The notes beneath the pieces were generated by a model. It had not been told where the DNA came from. It saw only the letters and a list, made by a program, of their open reading frames with translations, and made no database searches. This document shows, in pieces, positions 42,367 to 51,952 of a DNA stretch of 64,000 bases (the first letter of the stretch is position 1; each line of letters opens with the position of its first letter). Both the position numbers and the translations under genes were made by a program. The DNA lies in sequence record NC_061418.1; one strand, 5' to 3'.

Positions 42367-44586
42367 ATGAGTGACTTCGGGAATAAGATCAGTGAATTAA
42401 ACAGTTTGACTAGCGGGAATATGGCAGGAGAGTTACCGCTAAGTCTGACGTTATCTAGCGGTACTTTAGCAACGAATAAGATCACGTTGAGTCAGGTTCG
42501 GGATCTTTTTGATTTTGACCATGCCTTTGAGACAGTGGAGGAAGGGATTGCTGCAACAGTAGAAAACCAACTCTTCTACGTTTATGTCGACAGTAACAAA
42601 TTATCGGTTAATGAGTATATCAGAACAAACATCGGTGCAAGTGCGGTTATTGGTAGCAGCGGCACGAAGAAAACCATTTATATCCCTGCGTTACTAAAAC
42701 ATATCCAAATCCAAGCGAATCAATTTTCAGATTTAACATCGATCCAACCGTCTTACGAAGGGCAAACGATTTATCTGAAAAGCTACTACGCAAATGGGAC
42801 TACAGGAGCCGGCCACTTTAAGGCGATTCGAAACTCTACTGTTGAGAATGACTTAGGAATTCATGTCCGGTATGATGGGCAATGGGTCTGGCAGCGTGTT
42901 CCGAACAAAGGGTCTTTTTCGGTGTTAGATTTCGGCGCCAAAGGGGACGGGGTTACTGATGATTATTTTGCTTTCCAGGGCGCAACGTTTGGTGTTTACC
43001 AATACGGCGGTGGAACGATAAATGTTCCACCGCCAGTGGTTGCCTATCGCATTACCTTCCCGGTGTTCTTTTTTGCGAATACAGTAATGAAAGGTCAAGG
43101 AATGGCCTCAAAAATTATTTTTGAGAACCCATTACTTTCTGCAAAAGGTCGTGGTGGTTTTGTGATGGGGAGTTCTCGCGAGGCAAACAGAAACAAAGGG
43201 ATGGCAGTTTGGCGAACTGGTTCTGTTACTGGCGGGAACGTGGCTGACAATACCTTCGTTAACCCAGCGCAAAAGCAATATCTTCGCGATAATCAGAGCT
43301 TAGCGCAATGTAGAAATTGCTCTATTAGCGATTTGTATTTAGTTGCCATTTACACGGGGTCGAATAAAAATGGCGGTTACGGTATCAACTTGAATAATGC
43401 CATGGATATCGAAATCGATTCTATTTACGGCGACGGTTGGACTGAGTTAGTTAACGTGGGGTCAGATACTATCCCAGAGACGCCATCTTGTTATCGCGTC
43501 AATATCCGAAACCTTTATTGCTTAACTCCAAATCAGGACAAATCGTTCTATACTCTTTTCTTCGTCGCGAATTCGACAGACGTACACGTCGATAACGCCA
43601 TCCAATATGGGCCTTTAGTAGATGGTACACTAAACGGCTCTGGCGGTGCAACTAACCTTTGTGAAGATGTTTCCTTCACTAACATCAAAATCATGAACCT
43701 GGGGCGTTCTGCAAGTTCTGAGGGGCTGTTAATCAATAACACGAAAGGTTGTATTGTCCGCGGTTTATTTGTAAACAATGCAAAGAATGGTCTTAGTACA
43801 TTTTATTCTGATACGACCTTTAATGACGCTAACAAGCCAAACTTTTTTAGCAATATCGAAGTGACAAATTCAGACAACGGTATTAGTATCGCTGGGAAAT
43901 ACGGGATCTTCAATGATCTTAAAGTGAGCAATGTTATTTACGACACTTATTTCAGAACATCGAACGCCCAATTCAATGTGCTGAAGTTCAAACCCCAGAA
44001 ACCGTTCTACCGAGAAACCCAGTCTGCATTCGGTTTCTTCCAGAACAATACGATAAAAGGGTATAAGATCGGTTACATTTATGTCACCCCGACAGCGTAC
44101 TTAGTGACCCCGGCAAGTGAACTGACACGGTACGATGGACGTTTCATCGCCACTGGCACTACAGACGTTATTTTACGCATTCCGATACCAACCCATGTCA
44201 ATGGAGTTGGCGATGTCAGGGCTTATCTGACATTTAATAAAAACTCATTAGCGGGTAACGCTAACGGTGCAACGAATTTCGCTATGACTTTACGTCGACT
44301 CCCTTCATGGGACGGTAACATCGGTAACACTTTGTTCACTGAATTGACCAACAGTAAAGTTTCCACTGTTGACAATACAATGAATCCGCAAGATACAACT
44401 ATTGTTTGTCAACCCTCCTCTAACACGGCAAACTCCTCACCGGAGGCGTACACCTTGGGGTATGTCCCTATGCGAGGTTCTGTTAATGGGTTAGACAATG
44501 CGTTGGAGTTACTTGTCACTATGACCAATAACGTGCCAAATAACTACATTAAAGAAATACGTATTTCAGTGTTACTTGACGATTGA
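42367..44586 (+). CDS. tailspike / capsule depolymerase (pectate-lyase-like beta-helix)
   Basis: N-terminal attachment region; SVLDFGAKGDGVTDD beta-helix cap; Asn/Ile-rich repeats; CCTATG upstream; start ATG 42367. Confidence 0.85.
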   Translation: MSDFGNKISELNSLTSGNMAGELPLSLTLSSGTLATNKITLSQVRDLFDFDHAFETVEEGIAATVENQLFYVYVDSNKLSVNEYIRTNIGASAVIGSSGTKKTIYIPALLKHIQIQANQFSDLTSIQPSYEGQTIYLKSYYANGTTGAGHFKAIRNSTVENDLGIHVRYDGQWVWQRVPNKGSFSVLDFGAKGDGVTDDYFAFQGATFGVYQYGGGTINVPPPVVAYRITFPVFFFANTVMKGQGMASKIIFENPLLSAKGRGGFVMGSSREANRNKGMAVWRTGSVTGGNVADNTFVNPAQKQYLRDNQSLAQCRNCSISDLYLVAIYTGSNKNGGYGINLNNAMDIEIDSIYGDGWTELVNVGSDTIPETPSCYRVNIRNLYCLTPNQDKSFYTLFFVANSTDVHVDNAIQYGPLVDGTLNGSGGATNLCEDVSFTNIKIMNLGRSASSEGLLINNTKGCIVRGLFVNNAKNGLSTFYSDTTFNDANKPNFFSNIEVTNSDNGISIAGKYGIFNDLKVSNVIYDTYFRTSNAQFNVLKFKPQKPFYRETQSAFGFFQNNTIKGYKIGYIYVTPTAYLVTPASELTRYDGRFIATGTTDVILRIPIPTHVNGVGDVRAYLTFNKNSLAGNANGATNFAMTLRRLPSWDGNIGNTLFTELTNSKVSTVDNTMNPQDTTIVCQPSSNTANSSPEAYTLGYVPMRGSVNGLDNALELLVTMTNNVPNNYIKEIRISVLLDD

Positions 44587-44599
44587 CACATCAGAAATA

Positions 44600-44627
44600 C
44601 AGAGAGGAGCCAGACGGCTCCTCTCTG
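44600..44627. terminator. bidirectional terminator
   Basis: CAGAGAGGAGCC-AGAC-GGCTCCTCTCTG followed by TTTATTTT. Confidence 0.8.
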
Positions 44628-44628
44628 T

Positions 44629-44889
44629 TTATTTTCTTTTCAGTGCCACAATCACAAGCCCCAATACAGGATCCATTGAATCTGTTCTCACCACCCCGTG
44701 GCGCGGTAGCTCTAATATCAGTTGTGTAATGCGATGTTTCTCTGCGTCCGATAATGTACTTAGGTCTAATGAGTGAAAGTCTTCCACCAAACGAAGTTCA
44801 TCGTCGTTATACGGAAAATCCCATTCTTTCATATCACTCAATTTATTACCTGGAATGTAGGTCACACTGACACGAGTAAATTTAGTCAT
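44629..44889 (-). CDS. hypothetical protein
   Basis: 86 aa with ATGA overlap. Confidence 0.7.
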   Translation of the reverse strand: MTKFTRVSVTYIPGNKLSDMKEWDFPYNDDELRLVEDFHSLDLSTLSDAEKHRITQLILELPRHGVVRTDSMDPVLGLVIVALKRK

Positions 44890-45290
44890 TGCCAGGTTAC
44901 CTCTTTAAACTCAGAGAAGAATTCACGTTCAGGTATTGTTTTTGTTTCCCTTTCAATAGAAACAAAACTCCCAACGATAGACCATTCCACAGGGAAGTTG
45001 TTAGTCATTACTCGATTAAACCCTTGAAAAAGACGACCTTCTTTAATCGAGTAATAATACGCTTTGGGGTCCAAATCTTTTGTTTCTTTTAACCGTAAGT
45101 TTTTTTCTGGGCTATAGGTTAATTGGTACAAATCATCCGGTATAGCCTTTACTTTCTTCTCCACCAAAGAAAACAAATAATGCAACTTACAACCCCCGTC
45201 GAAATCTCCGCTGCGTAAGTATAAGAAAATATCTCCAAGTGTATTGTCCTTGATAAAAGTAGCAGGGGTATTGTTTTTACTTTTAAACAT
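44886..45290 (-). CDS. hypothetical protein
   Basis: Likely start ATG 45290 after AAGGA. Confidence 0.65.
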   Translation of the reverse strand: MFKSKNNTPATFIKDNTLGDIFLYLRSGDFDGGCKLHYLFSLVEKKVKAIPDDLYQLTYSPEKNLRLKETKDLDPKAYYYSIKEGRLFQGFNRVMTNNFPVEWSIVGSFVSIERETKTIPEREFFSEFKEVTWQ

Positions 45291-45342
45291 ACGCCAGGTT
45301 CCTTTAATAAAATGGTGGGTGGTAAAACCACCCACCATAGAT

Positions 45343-46155
45343 TTATTCTGCGTAGATCGCCAACGCAGTTTGACAGATAGGGGAACGCACACAATCGTCA
45401 TCGGTAAAGTTAATCACCGGGATATCTAACTGTTTACGCTCTATCCGTTCAAGTAGGTCTGCTAACCCCGACTTGACGCCTTTAGGAAGATCGCACTGCT
45501 TTAAGTCGCCGTTAATGATGACTGTGGAATTGTCACCAACACGGGTCAGGAAGAGACGCATCTGGTTGACAGTAACGTTCTGGGCTTCGTCAAGAATAAT
45601 CACTGCATCGTCAAAGGTTCGTCCGCGCATAAAACTGAATGGTGCAACTTCGATCTTCTCGATCTCAGGACGAAGACAATACTGAAGGAAGCTTGGCCCC
45701 ATCCGACGACGGAGAATATCATAGACCGGACGGAAGTAGGGCAGGAACTTCTCGTATTGCGTTCCCGGAAGGAAACCCATCTCTTCTTCCGCTGTCAACA
45801 TCGGCCGGGTCACGACAATTTTTTCAACGCTTTTCTCGCTGAGCTGATCGACCGCATAGACTGTGGCCAAAAGCGTTTTACCCGACCCTGCAGATCCTGT
45901 AGCGACGATCAAATCCCGACTCTGTAATGCATCCATATAGAGACCCTGATTGACGTTACGGGCTTCTATCGGGCTACGATCACGCTTTTCTTTCTCCATC
46001 CCAATATGAGTAACAGGGAAGCTGTTCCCTCTGTTATCAAACTGAAAAAGTTCCGCTGTTTCTTCATTCGATAGCGAGCGTTGCTGATTGAGTTTACGGC
46101 GAGACTCACGACGAACTTCGCGATCCAATTTAGCGTTACTCTTTTGACGTCCCAT
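45343..46155 (-). CDS. phoH: PhoH-like ATPase
   Basis: ATGSAGSGKT, VVTRP, FMRGRTF, ILDEAQN, GDLKQCD and DCVRS motifs. Confidence 0.95.
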   Translation of the reverse strand: MGRQKSNAKLDREVRRESRRKLNQQRSLSNEETAELFQFDNRGNSFPVTHIGMEKEKRDRSPIEARNVNQGLYMDALQSRDLIVATGSAGSGKTLLATVYAVDQLSEKSVEKIVVTRPMLTAEEEMGFLPGTQYEKFLPYFRPVYDILRRRMGPSFLQYCLRPEIEKIEVAPFSFMRGRTFDDAVIILDEAQNVTVNQMRLFLTRVGDNSTVIINGDLKQCDLPKGVKSGLADLLERIERKQLDIPVINFTDDDCVRSPICQTALAIYAE

Positions 46156-46260
46156 CGATACCACCTTAGCAGAGTTTAAAGAGGCTCACCGGATAGTGAG
46201 CTTTTTCTTGGTATGCAAAATAAACCACAGTTGTACGTTCATAAAAAGTCAACGGAATCT

Positions 46261-46602
46261 TTATTTTCGAATGAGGGGTTTAAATCCCCAACTGAACCCA
46301 GAGAAAATTCGTATCCAGAAGGGCGCTTTTGGTTTATAACGATAAAAGAGTTTGATCCCCGATAACCAGCCATAATAGCGGACCGTTTTAAACCAATTGC
46401 TTTTTACCTCAGCGAAAATACCCTGTAGCCAGTAATCGATAGTTTCACGATAAGGTTCTAGTTCAGGGTCATTATCGATCAGTCGATTGAGGAAATCAGT
46501 ATAAAGGATATTAGGGTCATAGTGTTCCAGTTTGTATTGCTTGTTGAGGACGAGACGGTCCTTATCCTCGATCAAGATTTCAAGAACGTGTTGTTTCTCC
46601 AT
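46261..46602 (-). CDS. hypothetical protein
   Basis: 113 aa; GAGG RBS. Confidence 0.7.
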   Translation of the reverse strand: MEKQHVLEILIEDKDRLVLNKQYKLEHYDPNILYTDFLNRLIDNDPELEPYRETIDYWLQGIFAEVKSNWFKTVRYYGWLSGIKLFYRYKPKAPFWIRIFSGFSWGFKPLIRK

Positions 46603-46650
46603 CGTTTAAAACCCTCGAGGTGAAAAAAAAAGAAATTACATAGGGATGGT

Positions 46651-46676
46651 CTGAAGGAGGCGTTTGCCTCCTTCAG
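46651..46676 (-). terminator. terminator-like hairpin
   Basis: CTGAAGGAGGC-GTTT-GCCTCCTTCAG. Confidence 0.75.
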
Positions 46677-46684
46677 TAGATGTT

Positions 46685-47023
46685 TTATCTTACCGTTTTA
46701 ATTTGGGTATACGGGACTTCCATTGTAGAAACGTATTTACCCATACGGTTGTAGAATAACCCTAATACCGCCACCTGCTCGTTGTCATGGTTTTCTAAGA
46801 CCAACTGGTAGTCATCGCTGTTACAACTCCATTTATATTGACTACCTTGCTGGCCCATATACTGGCAGCCTATATTAGTCCCGCCAAAAACACCGAAAGC
46901 CTTGTCGCCAGATACCGTTACACGATTATGACCGCTACGAAAAGTTTCAGTCACCGCCTGTGCAGAGAAGGTAGTGAAAACGGCTAAGAGAACTGCCGAA
47001 CAAATGAGAAAAATCTTTTTCAT
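46685..47023 (-). CDS. exported protein with Sec signal peptide
   Basis: MKKIFLICSAVLLAVFTTFSAQA; two Cys in the mature part. Confidence 0.75.
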   Translation of the reverse strand: MKKIFLICSAVLLAVFTTFSAQAVTETFRSGHNRVTVSGDKAFGVFGGTNIGCQYMGQQGSQYKWSCNSDDYQLVLENHDNEQVAVLGLFYNRMGKYVSTMEVPYTQIKTVR

Positions 47024-47035
47024 GTTGAGCACCTT

Positions 47036-47392
47036 TTAAGAACTGGAGAGAGAACGGAATTGGTTTTTGTTTACCAGCTTTTCAATGACCACCTTTTCAC
47101 GTTTACCGTCGTAAATACGTAAAAGGAATAAATTGGTTTTGTTATAGCTTTTCAGTGCGAAGTAAAAACGATCCCCGCAAACGTAAGTGTCGGCGGAGTA
47201 AACAAAGCCATCGTTATCGACCTGGTCGTTGACAATTTCTGGATCGGTGCAGATGTACTTCTTGCCGTTCGCAAAGATGACCGCGCGGTTATCGGTGATC
47301 GTCCATTTAGAGTTTTGATCCTCGAACATAATCGCTGTTGCATTAGCGAAGAAAGGGAAAACCAACGTTAAAATAAGAATGATCTTTTTCAT
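47036..47392 (-). CDS. exported protein with Sec signal peptide
   Basis: MKKIILILTLVFPFFANA; two Cys in the mature part. Confidence 0.75.
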   Translation of the reverse strand: MKKIILILTLVFPFFANATAIMFEDQNSKWTITDNRAVIFANGKKYICTDPEIVNDQVDNDGFVYSADTYVCGDRFYFALKSYNKTNLFLLRIYDGKREKVVIEKLVNKNQFRSLSSS

Positions 47393-47406
47393 GTTTATAA
47401 CACCAA

Positions 47407-47706
47407 TTAATGGAAAGAATTAGAGAGCCAGAAACGACATTCGTCTTGCTGCGTTGCTTCTAGCTTGGTTTTCATCTCAGTGAAACATTTGATGTCGTCA
47501 CGATGTTTACTGGCGATTTCAGGATCAAGAACTTCTGCCAGTTCCGCCAGAAAAGTTAAACTCTGAATCGTACGATCAAGGAGTTCAATGGCGCGACTCG
47601 TTAACAGAGGACGTTCAATGAGGTCATGCTCGTCTTTAATCGAAAAGAGCGACTGGAAGACCGTTGAGAGTTCGTTGATTGTAGCGTCGTTATCAGAAAA
47701 TGACAT
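47407..47706 (-). CDS. hypothetical protein
   Basis: Likely start ATG 47706 after AAGGAG. Confidence 0.7.
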   Translation of the reverse strand: MSFSDNDATINELSTVFQSLFSIKDEHDLIERPLLTSRAIELLDRTIQSLTFLAELAEVLDPEIASKHRDDIKCFTEMKTKLEATQQDECRFWLSNSFH

Positions 47707-47770
47707 ATTGATTCTCCTTTTATTAAAAAACAAAATAAGAAGAGGGGTCACCACCCCTCCTCCGGCTGTA

Positions 47771-48238
47771 TTATTTCTTTAAAATGTCACTACCGTTAAA
47801 GTAGAGTCTCAGTCCAGCGAGACCGAGTTTCTCTACGGCTTCATCAACGCCAACCGCCAGTCTTTCAATGACGGTATGTTCACTACCGCGTAAGAACATA
47901 GGTTCGAAGTCATCACCGAAGACACCGTCCAGATGAATCAACATCCAAATTTCACCGGTCTCTTTCATACAGACTTCCGACTTACCCAGGTCATTGATGC
48001 GCTCAAGACCCAGATCACGTAATATCAGGATAGCTGAACCGCATTCATCGCCGAGGATCCAGTTATCTTCATCGAAATTTTCTAACTCTTCAAGCAGAAC
48101 CCCGGCATGATGAAGGACGATATCATTAACGGCATTGACCATTGCCGCCGCGGCGTCACGGAATTTCTGTTCGCGTTCTTCACGGCTGTATTTCAGATTA
48201 GCAAAAACGCTTAAAGCAGTAGATTTTAAAAATGACAT
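47771..48238 (-). CDS. hypothetical protein
   Basis: Likely start ATG 48238 (MSFLKSTAL). Confidence 0.7.
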   Translation of the reverse strand: MSFLKSTALSVFANLKYSREEREQKFRDAAAAMVNAVNDIVLHHAGVLLEELENFDEDNWILGDECGSAILILRDLGLERINDLGKSEVCMKETGEIWMLIHLDGVFGDDFEPMFLRGSEHTVIERLAVGVDEAVEKLGLAGLRLYFNGSDILKK

Positions 48239-48270
48239 TTGTCTTCTCTCTATAGGTTTAGTTGTATAAT

Positions 48271-48292
48271 TGGCAGGGGAATTCCCCTGCCA
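48271..48292 (-). promoter_or_regulatory. perfect 22-bp palindrome/hairpin preceding an AACTAAACC element
   Basis: TGGCAGGGGAATTCCCCTGCCA. Confidence 0.6.
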
Positions 48293-48305
48293 GGTAAGTG
48301 TTTGA

Positions 48306-48938
48306 TTAGTTAAAGAACGGCGCCATGTTCGCACTGAATTTAATATCTTCAGCGTGTTTGAATTTGATCGTTGTAACAGTGATCGGTTCGTAGTTGGCCA
48401 TGTTAACAATCGACAGCGTTTTATCGAGGTAGATAACGTTGTCACGGATGATCATGTGGTAATGCTCACGTTCCCCGCTTTGTACTTTAGCCACTTCGTC
48501 AATGAAGATATCCGTTTCCGGATTAAAGCTGAAGTCGCTCGGCATAACTTTCACAGGGTTCTGTTCGCGATAACGCTTAATATTAACGATAACTTCTTCT
48601 ACCCCGTAGACGATAGAAAGAATATCCGTCTCTTCTTCGAAGTCTGCGAGTTCATCAGGAGTAAGAATCGTGCTGTCGAGGTATTCGCGTTTGTACGGCC
48701 AGTTGGCCAGGAATTCTGGCTCGTCGCACATCGTGGAAAACGCCTCTCTATTTTCGCAGTACATCCAAAAACGGTCGCCCGTACTCATACGAGTCTCCAC
48801 GATTAAATCTGCCGTTTCCGGGATAGAATTTTCAAAATCGAAGCGCGGCGTGAATGTGGCGAAATTCTCGGAGAGCGTGTCCGGGGTCAAATCAAAGTTA
48901 GCGTCTTTAGCGAAAACAGTAATAGTGAAAGTGGTCAT
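48306..48938 (-). CDS. hypothetical protein, first gene after an early promoter
   Basis: 210 aa; AAGGA RBS. Confidence 0.8.
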   Translation of the reverse strand: MTTFTITVFAKDANFDLTPDTLSENFATFTPRFDFENSIPETADLIVETRMSTGDRFWMYCENREAFSTMCDEPEFLANWPYKREYLDSTILTPDELADFEEETDILSIVYGVEEVIVNIKRYREQNPVKVMPSDFSFNPETDIFIDEVAKVQSGEREHYHMIIRDNVIYLDKTLSIVNMANYEPITVTTIKFKHAEDIKFSANMAPFFN

Positions 48939-49004
48939 GATATATTCCTTATTGGTTTAGTTAAAAGTATGATAAAAAGGTTATTCTTTTCCTTTATCAC
49001 TCGG

Positions 49005-49017
49005 GCAATATATACAT
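49005..49017 (-). promoter_or_regulatory. candidate early promoter (T-tract + ATGTATATATTGC)
   Basis: Same 13-mer as 27186-27198. Confidence 0.65.
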
Positions 49018-49078
49018 GAAAAAAATTGGAGATTAATCTTATGACTTTTTCACTGAACATAACCAGGTTGAATACTCT

Positions 49079-50536
49079 ATGGACGTAATCATTGATGGTA
49101 AACGTTATATACCAGAAGAACAAGCAGAGAAGAAAATTGGGATAGCGATCTCCACGCGTAACCGACACGACGTCCTTAAACGAACGTTAGAGCAACACGA
49201 AAAGTTTCTACCACCTAATGCCGTGGTTTACATTGTCGACGATGGGTCTGATACCCCAGTTAAAGGTCCTGAATGGGCTCAGGTGCACCGTCACGAGAAA
49301 AGCGAAGGGATTGTTGCGGTAAAGAATACTTCGCTTCAGCTTTTGATTGACGCCAGTTGTGAGCATCTTTACCTCTGGGACGATGACGCGTTCCCTATCG
49401 CAGAGAATTGGTGGGTGCCGTATATGGAATCCCCTGAACCGCATCTGGGTTATCAATTTAAAGACCTCGCCGGTAAAAGGAAAATCAACGATACTATCGA
49501 GGTCTTCAATGACGGTAAACACTTCGCGCTTTCGGGTCAGCGTGGTGTAATGTTGTACTACCATAAATCCGCAATTGATAAAGTCGGTGGTTTTGATCCT
49601 ATTTACCAACGGGGAATGTATGAACACGTTGACTTAGCATTAAGAATTCACAATGCTGGGTTAACAACGTTTCCTTTTGGCGACGTCGTTGGTAGTAACA
49701 AACTCATCTACTCACTCGATGAACATGAAGAAGTGACGCGTTCAGTCCCGCCAGCTGATCGCCAGCAACAAGTCGAACGTAACGTCAAGATTTATAACGC
49801 CAGGCGGAGAGCGCGTTATAGCGGATTCGCCCCGTACCGTAAACCACGTCGGGTGGTAATGACTTGTCTGCTCACTGGTTGTGTAGACCCGCAGCGTAAT
49901 CAGCACATGCAGGCGACTCCCGCTTTATTACAAGCGTGGGCGAACAGTATTAAGGGCGCAGAGAAAATTGTCTTTGCTGATCAACTCTCAGCGATGACGG
50001 GTGTGAATCTGATTAAGGTTCCCGAAGTCAACAATCTTTCCCCTTACTTCTTACGGTGGTTGCACATCTACCAATATCTCCGCGATAACCCGGATATTGA
50101 ACAGGTCTGGTGCACAGACGGAACTGACGTTATCATGTTGAGAGAACCATGGGAAAGCATGGAACCCGGTAAACTGTATGTCGGTAATGAACACACCACT
50201 TACAGCAACCCGTGGTTTGATAAAGTCAATCACCAGAAGTCCCTGAAAAAGTTTATTCAGGAAAATAAAGATCAGCAGGTTGTCAACGCTGGGATTATTG
50301 GTGGTTCACGTGAAGACGTCATGAAAGTGGCACACGGGATGATCGCGCAAGTCTGGAAAATGAAATCAGAAATTTTCTGGCGAGAAGAAACCGGTCCTGA
50401 ATCAGCGACAGATATGGTAATGTTCGGAATCGAAGTCTTCAAATTTGGTGAGAACCTGGTACACGGCCCGATCGTCAACACCGTCTTTAAAGGAAACGGT
50501 CACGGCAATGACATCGCTTTCTGGCAGCACAAGTAG
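49079..50536 (+). CDS. two-domain glycosyltransferase (GT2 + second GT-A domain)
   Basis: GT2 motifs IAISTRNR, YIVDDGS, LWDDD; second domain WCTDGTDV and VNAGIIGG. Confidence 0.85.
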   Translation: MDVIIDGKRYIPEEQAEKKIGIAISTRNRHDVLKRTLEQHEKFLPPNAVVYIVDDGSDTPVKGPEWAQVHRHEKSEGIVAVKNTSLQLLIDASCEHLYLWDDDAFPIAENWWVPYMESPEPHLGYQFKDLAGKRKINDTIEVFNDGKHFALSGQRGVMLYYHKSAIDKVGGFDPIYQRGMYEHVDLALRIHNAGLTTFPFGDVVGSNKLIYSLDEHEEVTRSVPPADRQQQVERNVKIYNARRRARYSGFAPYRKPRRVVMTCLLTGCVDPQRNQHMQATPALLQAWANSIKGAEKIVFADQLSAMTGVNLIKVPEVNNLSPYFLRWLHIYQYLRDNPDIEQVWCTDGTDVIMLREPWESMEPGKLYVGNEHTTYSNPWFDKVNHQKSLKKFIQENKDQQVVNAGIIGGSREDVMKVAHGMIAQVWKMKSEIFWREETGPESATDMVMFGIEVFKFGENLVHGPIVNTVFKGNGHGNDIAFWQHK

Positions 50537-50547
50537 AGGTAACTAAT

Positions 50548-51138
50548 ATGCGTATTGCGGTAGTAGGCCACGTATCAAGGAAGATGGCTATTGAGAAACT
50601 CACGAGCGTGCTCCCTTGCGAAGTGTTTCTTGACACAGTAGGGACAGGGGCGTTGGCTAACCACATCAAGGCTTTGGAATGGGCAGTCCAACAGGATGAA
50701 CGCGTTGTTATCATGGAAGACGATGCTATTCCGGTTGAGGGCTTTATTGAAAAAGCAGAAAAGTGGTTTACTGTTTACCCGGAACAATTCGTCAGTTTTT
50801 ATCTAGGGACGAGCCGACCACCGCAGTACCAGGAATTAGTAACGCACTCAATTCTTAACGCTAAACGGTTAGGGCGTGAAGCGATCCGATTAAATCAATT
50901 GATTCACGGTGTCTGTTATTCGCCCGCCCCGGGTTCTATTGAAAAGATCCTAAAGGGAATTGATAACCGAAAACCGGCAGACTTTGCTATCGGGAGTGCG
51001 TGGGACGGTCCTGTCTATTACCCTATCAAATCGCTAGTAGAGCACCGTGACGGCCGTTCAGTGGAAAAGCATACTGACGGTAGGAAAAGTTCAGGGAAAC
51101 GTGTAGCGCGCTTCCTGGACGGTAATTTGATGTACTAA
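50548..51138 (+). CDS. glycosyltransferase, GT25-like
   Basis: GALANHIKALEW and VVIMEDDA motifs; follows the GT2 gene. Confidence 0.7.
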   Translation: MRIAVVGHVSRKMAIEKLTSVLPCEVFLDTVGTGALANHIKALEWAVQQDERVVIMEDDAIPVEGFIEKAEKWFTVYPEQFVSFYLGTSRPPQYQELVTHSILNAKRLGREAIRLNQLIHGVCYSPAPGSIEKILKGIDNRKPADFAIGSAWDGPVYYPIKSLVEHRDGRSVEKHTDGRKSSGKRVARFLDGNLMY

Positions 51139-51161
51139 AAAAGAAAGATACGGCATAGAGT

Positions 51162-51193
51162 CTCTCCCTTCCTGCATTGGCAGGAAGGGAGAG
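51162..51193. terminator. terminator hairpin between convergent genes
   Basis: CTCTCCCTTCCTGC-ATTG-GCAGGAAGGGAGAG. Confidence 0.8.
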
Positions 51194-51195
51194 GA

Positions 51196-51609
51196 TTATT
51201 CTACTAACGTGACGCCTTCAAAACCATCTACCGTGTAACCGCGACATTTAACGAAGGTGATATCGAAAGCGATTTTCCCTAAGTTAAAGAGTGCGTCGCC
51301 TAAGTCGATCTGTTCAACTTCGATCACGCACGACGCTTCAAACGTGTAAACCGGCATTTTCTTTTCCGCGACAAAGACAATACGTTTCCCAGAAAGTTCC
51401 GCGTCCTTTTTCGCTGACTTGATTTTCTCCATCAAGTCTTTCGCGTTTAAATCGCCGTACTCGCTGTGAATGAAAAGGATGACCTCCTCTTTCAATTCAG
51501 GGGCGACCGCTTTCAGGAAAAGCTCCGCTGCATCCGACGTCTCAGCGATAATCGATAAGGTATGCTGAGATTTTAAGAACTGAATAAGTAGCTGTTTAAC
51601 GGGGGTCAT
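51196..51609 (-). CDS. hypothetical protein
   Basis: 137 aa abutting the upstream stop. Confidence 0.75.
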   Translation of the reverse strand: MTPVKQLLIQFLKSQHTLSIIAETSDAAELFLKAVAPELKEEVILFIHSEYGDLNAKDLMEKIKSAKKDAELSGKRIVFVAEKKMPVYTFEASCVIEVEQIDLGDALFNLGKIAFDITFVKCRGYTVDGFEGVTLVE

Positions 51610-51807
51610 CTAGAAATCCTTGATAAACGTAATTAAGCTTAGATAATGCAACCAGCCGAAGACGACGACACAAACTAACGACTGTAAAACCGCCATCATT
51701 TTCTTTTTCAGACCGTCCCGTATTGCAATCCACAGAAAAGCGAAAATCAGGTTACCGCTCAATAAGACCAATAACCAAAGTAAGGTATTAAGGACGTATG
51801 CCATCAA
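51610..51807 (-). CDS. small membrane protein (2 TM)
   Basis: Two hydrophobic segments. Confidence 0.65.
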   Translation of the reverse strand: MMAYVLNTLLWLLVLLSGNLIFAFLWIAIRDGLKKKMMAVLQSLVCVVVFGWLHYLSLITFIKDF

Positions 51808-51952
51808 CAGCCCCGGTAATGGTTTCGAGTTTCCAGAATAATTCTTTCCCCTCTCGTTTATCGGGAGCAGGGAGTTTCCCTTTACTGACGCGAATACGAA
51901 CAGCGGATTGGGAGATGCCTAACATTTTAGCGACGTCTTTTGTGTTTTTCAA
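51788..51952 (-). CDS. 54-aa AlpA/excisionase-like winged HTH DNA-binding protein
   Basis: Hand-translated (M)KNTKDVAKMLGISQSAVRIRVSKGKLPAPDKREGKELFWKLETITGAVDGIRP; TTG start at 51952 after TAAGGA; not in the track. Confidence 0.75.
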   Translation of the reverse strand: MKNTKDVAKMLGISQSAVRIRVSKGKLPAPDKREGKELFWKLETITGAVDGIRP

